From Macrostomum lignano (lineage: Eukaryota), in NCBI GenBank assembly GCA_002269645.1, contig NIVC01000806.1, positions 1 through 64,000 on the forward strand: a stretch of DNA of 64,000 bases, given 5' to 3'. The notes beneath the pieces were generated by a model, which was given only the letters and a program-made list of their open reading frames with translations, was not told the DNA's origin and searched no databases. Shown piece by piece: positions 59,101-64,000 of this stretch; position 1 is the stretch's first letter, and each line of letters begins with the position of its first letter. A program made the position numbers and the translations under genes.

Positions 59101-62100
59101 TCAAGCTGATGAAAAACCAGTCAAGCTGATGAAAAACCAGTCAAGCTGATGAAAAACCAATCAAGCTGATGAAGAGCCAATCAAGCTGATAAAAAGCCAG
59201 TCAAGCTGATGAAAAGTCAATCAAGCTAATAAAAAGCCAGTCAAGCTGATGAAAAGCCAATCAATCTGATAAAAAGCCATTCAAGCTGATGAAGAGCCAA
59301 TCAAGCTGATAAAAAGCCAGTCAAGCTGATGAAAAGTCAATCAAGCTGATAAAAAGTCTTTCAAGCTGATGAAAAGCCAATCAAGCTGATAAAAAGCCAT
59401 TCAAGCTGATAAAAAGCCAATCAAGCTGATAAAAAGCCAGTCAAGCTGATGAAGAGCCAATCAAGCTGATAAAAAGCCATTCAAGCTGATGAAGAGCCAA
59501 TCAAGCTGATAAAAGTTTTTCAAGCTGATGAAGAGCCAATCAAGCTGATAAAAAGCCATTCAAGCTGATGAAGAGCCAATCAAGCTGATAAAAAGCCAGT
59601 CAAGCTGATGAAAAGCCAATCAAGCTGATAAAAAGCCAGTCAAGCTGATGAAAAGCCAATCAATCTGATAAAAAGCCATTCAAGCTGATGAAGAGCCAAT
59701 CAAGCTGATAAAAAGCCAGTCAAGCTGATGAAAAACCAGTCAAGCTGATAAAAAACCAGTCAAGCTGATGAAAAACCAGTCAAGCTGATGAAAAACCAGT
59801 CAAGCTGATGAAAAACCAGTCAAGCTGATGAAAAACCAGTCAAGCTGATGAAAAACCAGTCAAGCTGATGAAAAACCAATCAAGCTGATGAAAAACCAAT
59901 CAAGCTGATGAAAAGCCAATCAGCTGATGAAAAGCCAATCAAGCTGATAAAAAGCCATTCAAGCTGATGAAGAGCCAATCAAGCTGATAAAAGTCTTTCA
60001 AGCTGATGAAGAGCCAATCAAGCTGATAAAAAGCCAGTCAAGCTGATGAAAAGCCAATCAAGCTGATAAAAAGCCAGTCAAGCTGATGAAAAGCCAATCA
60101 ATCTGATAAAAAGCCATTCAAGCTGATGAAGAGCCAATCAAGCTGATAAAAAGCCAGTCAAGCTGATGAAAAACCAGTCAAGCTGATGAAAAACCAGTCA
60201 AGCTGATGAAAAACCAGTCAAGCTGATGAAAAACCAATCAAGCTGATGAAAAACCAGTCAAGCTGATGAAAAACCAGTCAAGCTGATGAAAAACCAGTCA
60301 AGCTGATGAAAAACCAGTCAAGCTGATGAAAAACCAGTCAAGCTGATGAAAAACCAGTCAAGCTGATGAAAAACCAGTCAAGCTGATGAAAAACCAATCA
60401 AGCTGATGAAAAACCAATCAAGCTGATGAAAAACCAGTCAAGCTGATGAAAAACCAGTCAAGCTGATGAAAAACCAATCAAGCTGATGAAAAACCAGTCA
60501 AGCTGATGAAAAACCAGTCAAGCTGATGAAAAACCAGTCAAGCTGATGAAAAGCCAATCAAGCTGATGAAAAGCCAGTCAAGCTGATGAAAAGCCAATCA
60601 AGCTAAAAAAAAGTCTTTCAAGCTGATGAAAAGCCAATCAAGCTGATAAAAAGCCATTCAAGCTGATAAAAAGCCAATCAAGCTGATAAAAAGCCAGTAA
60701 AGCTGATGAAAAGCCAATCAAGCTGATAAAAAGCCAGTCAAGCTGATGAAAAGCCAATCAATCTGATAAAAAGCCATTCAAGCTGATGAAGAGCCAATCA
60801 AGCTGATAAAAAGCCAGTCAAGCTGATGAAAAGTCAATCAAGCTGATAAAAAGTCTTTCAAGCTGATGAAAAGCCAATCAAGCTGATAAAAAGCCATTCA
60901 AGCTGATAAAAAGCCAATCAAGCTGATAAAAAGCCAGTCAAGCTGATGAAAAGCCAATCAAGCTGATGAAAAGCCAATCAAGCTGATAAAAAGCCAATCA
61001 AGCTGATAAAAAGCCAGTCAAGCTGATGAAAAGTCAATCAAGCTGATAAAAAGTCTTTCAAGCTGATGAAAAGCCAATCAAGCTGATAAAAAGCCATTCA
61101 AGCTGATAAAAAGCCAATCAAGCTGATAAAAAGCCAGTCAAGCTGATGAAAAGCCAATCAAGCTGATGAAAAGCCAGTCAAGCTGATGAAAAGCCAATCA
61201 AGCTGATGAAAAGCCAATCAAGCTGATGAAAAACCAGTCAAGCTGATGAAAAACCAGTCAAGCTGATGAAAAACCAGTCAAGCTGATGAAAAACCAGTCA
61301 AGCTGATGAAAAACCAGTCAAGCTGATGAAAAACCAATCAAGCTGATGAAAAACCAGTCAAGCTGATGAAAAACCAGTCAAGCTGATGAAAAACCAGTCA
61401 AGCTGATGAAAAACCAGTCAAGCTGATGAAAAACCAATCAAGCTGATGAAGAGCCAATCAAGCTGATAAAAAGCCAGTCAAGCTGATGAAAAGTCAATCA
61501 AGCTAATAAAAAGCCAGTCAAGCTGATAAAAAGCCATTCAAGCTGATGAAGAGCCAATCAAGCTGATAAAAAGCCAGTCAAGCTGATGAAAAGCCAATCA
61601 AGCTGATGAAAAGCCAATCAAGCTGGTGAAGAGCCAATCAAGCTGATAAAAAGCCATTCAAGCTGATGAAGAGCCAATCAAGCTGATGAAAAGCCAATCA
61701 AGCTGATGAAGAGCCAATCAAGCTGATAAAAAGCCATTCAAGCTGATGAAGAGCCAATCAAGCTGATAAAAGTCTTTCAAGCTGATGAAGAGCCAATCAA
61801 GCTGATAAAAAGCCATTTAAGCTGATGAAGAGCCAATCAAGCTGATAAAAAGCCAGTCAAGCTGATGAAAAGCCAATCAAGCTGATAAAAAGCCAGTCAA
61901 GCTGATGAAAAGCCAATCAAGCTGATAAAAAGCCATTCAAGCTGATGAAGAGCCAATCAAGCTGATAAAAAGCCAGTCAAGCTGATGAAAAGCCAATCAA
62001 GCTGATGAAAAACCAGTCAAGCTGATGAAAAACCAGTCAAGCTGATGAAAAACCAGTCAAGCTGATGAAAAACCAGTCAAGCTGATGAAAAACCAGTCAA

Positions 62101-64000
62101 GCTGATGAAAAACCAATCAAGCTGATGAAAAGCCAATCAAGCTGATAAAAAGCCAATCAAGCTGATAAAAAGCCAGTCAAGCTGATGAAAAGCCAATCAA
62201 GCTGATAAAAAGTCTTTCAAGCTGATGAAAAGCCAATCAAGCTGATAAAAAGCCATTCAAGCTGATGAAAAGCCAATCAAGCTGATAAAAAGCCAGTCAA
62301 GCTGATGAAAAGCCAATCAAGCTGATGAAAAGCCAGTCAAGCTGATGAAAAGCCAATCAAGCTGATGAAAAGCCAATCAAGCTGATGAAAACCAGTCAAG
62401 CTGATGAAAAACCAGTCAAGCTGATGAAAAACCAGTCAAGCTGATGAAAAACCAGTCAAGCTGATGAAAAACCAGTCAAGCTGATGAAAAACCAATCAAG
62501 CTGATGAAAAACCAGTCAAGCTGATGAAAAACCAGTCAAGCTGATGAAAAACCAGTCAAGCTGATGAAAAACCAGTCAAGCTGATGAAAAACCAATCAAG
62601 CTGATGAAGAGCCAATCAAGCTGATAAAAAGCCAGTCAAGCTGATGAAAAGCCAATCAAGCTGATGAAAAGCCAATCAAGCTGATAAAAAGCCAATCAAG
62701 CTGATAAAAAGCCATTCAAGCTAATAAAAAGTCTTTCAAGCTGATGAAGAGCCAATCAAGCTGATAAAAAGCCATTCAAGCTGATGAAGAGCCAATCAAG
62801 CTGATAAAAAGCCAGTCAAGCTGATGAAAAGCCAATCAAGCTGATAAAAAGCCATCAAGCTGATGAAGAGCCAATCAAGCTGATGAAAAGCCAATCAAGC
62901 TGATGAAGAGCCAATCAAGCTGATAAAAAGCCATTCAAGCTGATGAAGAGCCAATCAAGCTGAAAAAGTCTTTCAAGCTGATGAAGAGCCAATCAAGCTG
63001 ATAAAAAGCCATTTCAAGCTGATGAAGAGCCAATCAAGCTGATAAAAAGCCAGTCAAGCTGATGAAAAGCCAATCAAGCTGATAAAAAGCCAGTCAAGCT
63101 GATGAAAAGCCAATCAAGCTGATAAAAAGCCATTCAAGCTGATGAAGAGCCAATCAAGCTGATAAAAAGCCAGTCAAGCTGATGAAAAACAAGTCAAGCT
63201 GATGAAAAACCAGTCAAGCTGATGAAAAACCAGTCAAGCTGATGAAAAACCAGTCAAGCTGATGAAAAACCAGTCAAGCTGATGAAAAACCAGTCAAGCT
63301 GATGAAAAACCAATCAAGCTGATGAAAAACCAGTCAAGCTGATGAAAAACCAGTCAAGCTGATGAAAAACCAATCAAGCTGATGAAAAACCAGTCAAGCT
63401 GATGAAAAGCCAATCAAGCTGATAAAAGCCAATCAAGCTGATGAAAAGCCAATCAAGCTGATAAAAAGCCAATCAAGCTAATAAAAAGTCTTTCAAGCTG
63501 ATGAAGAGCCAATCAAGCTGATAAAAAGCCATTCAAGCTGATGAAGAGCCAATCAAGCTGATAAAAAGCCAGTCAAGCTGATGAAAGCCAATCAAGCTGA
63601 TAAAAAGCCAATCAAGCTGATGAAGAGCCAATCAAGCTGATGAAAAGCCAATCAAGCTGATGAAGAGCCAATCAAGCTGATAAAAAGCCATTCAAGCTGA
63701 TGAAGAGCCAATCAAGCTGATAAAAAGCCATTCAAGCTGATGAAGAGCCAATCAAGCTGATAAAAAGCCATTCAAGCTGATGAAGAGCCAATCAAGCTGA
63801 TAAAAAGCCATTCAAGCTGATGAAGAGCCAATCAAGCTGATAAAAAGCCATCAAGCTGATGAAAAGCCAATCAAGCTGATAAAAAGCCATTCAAGCTGAT
63901 GAAGAGCCAATCAAGCTGATAAAAAGTCTTTCAAGCTGATGAAGAGCCAATCAAGCTGATAAAAAGCCATTCAAGCTGATGAAGAGCCAATCAAGCTGAT
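56165..64000. repeat. Large 20-bp satellite with higher-order structure, running off the window end
   Basis: (GCTGATGAAAAACCAGTCAA)n and variants (GATAAAAAGCCATTCAA, GAAGAGCCAATCAA, AAAAAGTCTTTCAA); about 390 monomers. Confidence 0.98.

Noticed and set aside
56165-64000. Tandem hammerhead ribozymes, because the unit contains CTGATGA next to GAAA
   Set aside because: CTGATGA runs straight into the A-tract with no stem II between CUGAUGA and GAAA and no stem III/NUH site. The motifs overlap rather than forming a core.
1-64000. Prokaryotic or viral defence system or operon
   Set aside because: All recognisable genes are intron-containing metazoan genes or eukaryotic transposons. No SL-RNA, rRNA or snRNA gene was recognised either.

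Overview
Eukaryotic (metazoan) genomic DNA with GT-AG spliced genes, many minisatellites and nested transposons. The style suggests a free-living flatworm such as Macrostomum; this is an inference, not shown by the sequence. Genes reconstructed by hand from phase-compatible splice sites: the 3' end of an unknown gene (1008-3151), then five co-oriented + strand conserved genes (ceramide synthase, ABHD12-like lipase, alpha-L-fucosidase, ZSWIM7/SWS1, uroporphyrinogen-III synthase). These are followed by a two-exon minus-strand neuropeptide precursor with a somatostatin/allatostatin-C-like disulfide peptide and a secreted two-WSC-domain gene with 12-nt microexons. Mobile DNA: two decayed RTE-like LINEs, a LINE 3' stub, an internally deleted P-element (THAP, 71-bp TIR, 8-bp TSD), a Gag-protease-only Ty3/gypsy element whose 3' LTR carries a two-level nested insertion, a near-intact Ty3/gypsy element with matching LTRs, and tRNA-derived SINEs. 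About 15 different tandem-repeat arrays (14-35 bp units) fill introns and intergenic spaces, including an array of GTCACGTGAC (CLEAR/E-box) palindromes inside the fucosidase gene. The last 7.8 kb is a 20-bp satellite with a 2,277-bp higher-order period. All coordinates were read by eye and no database searches were run.
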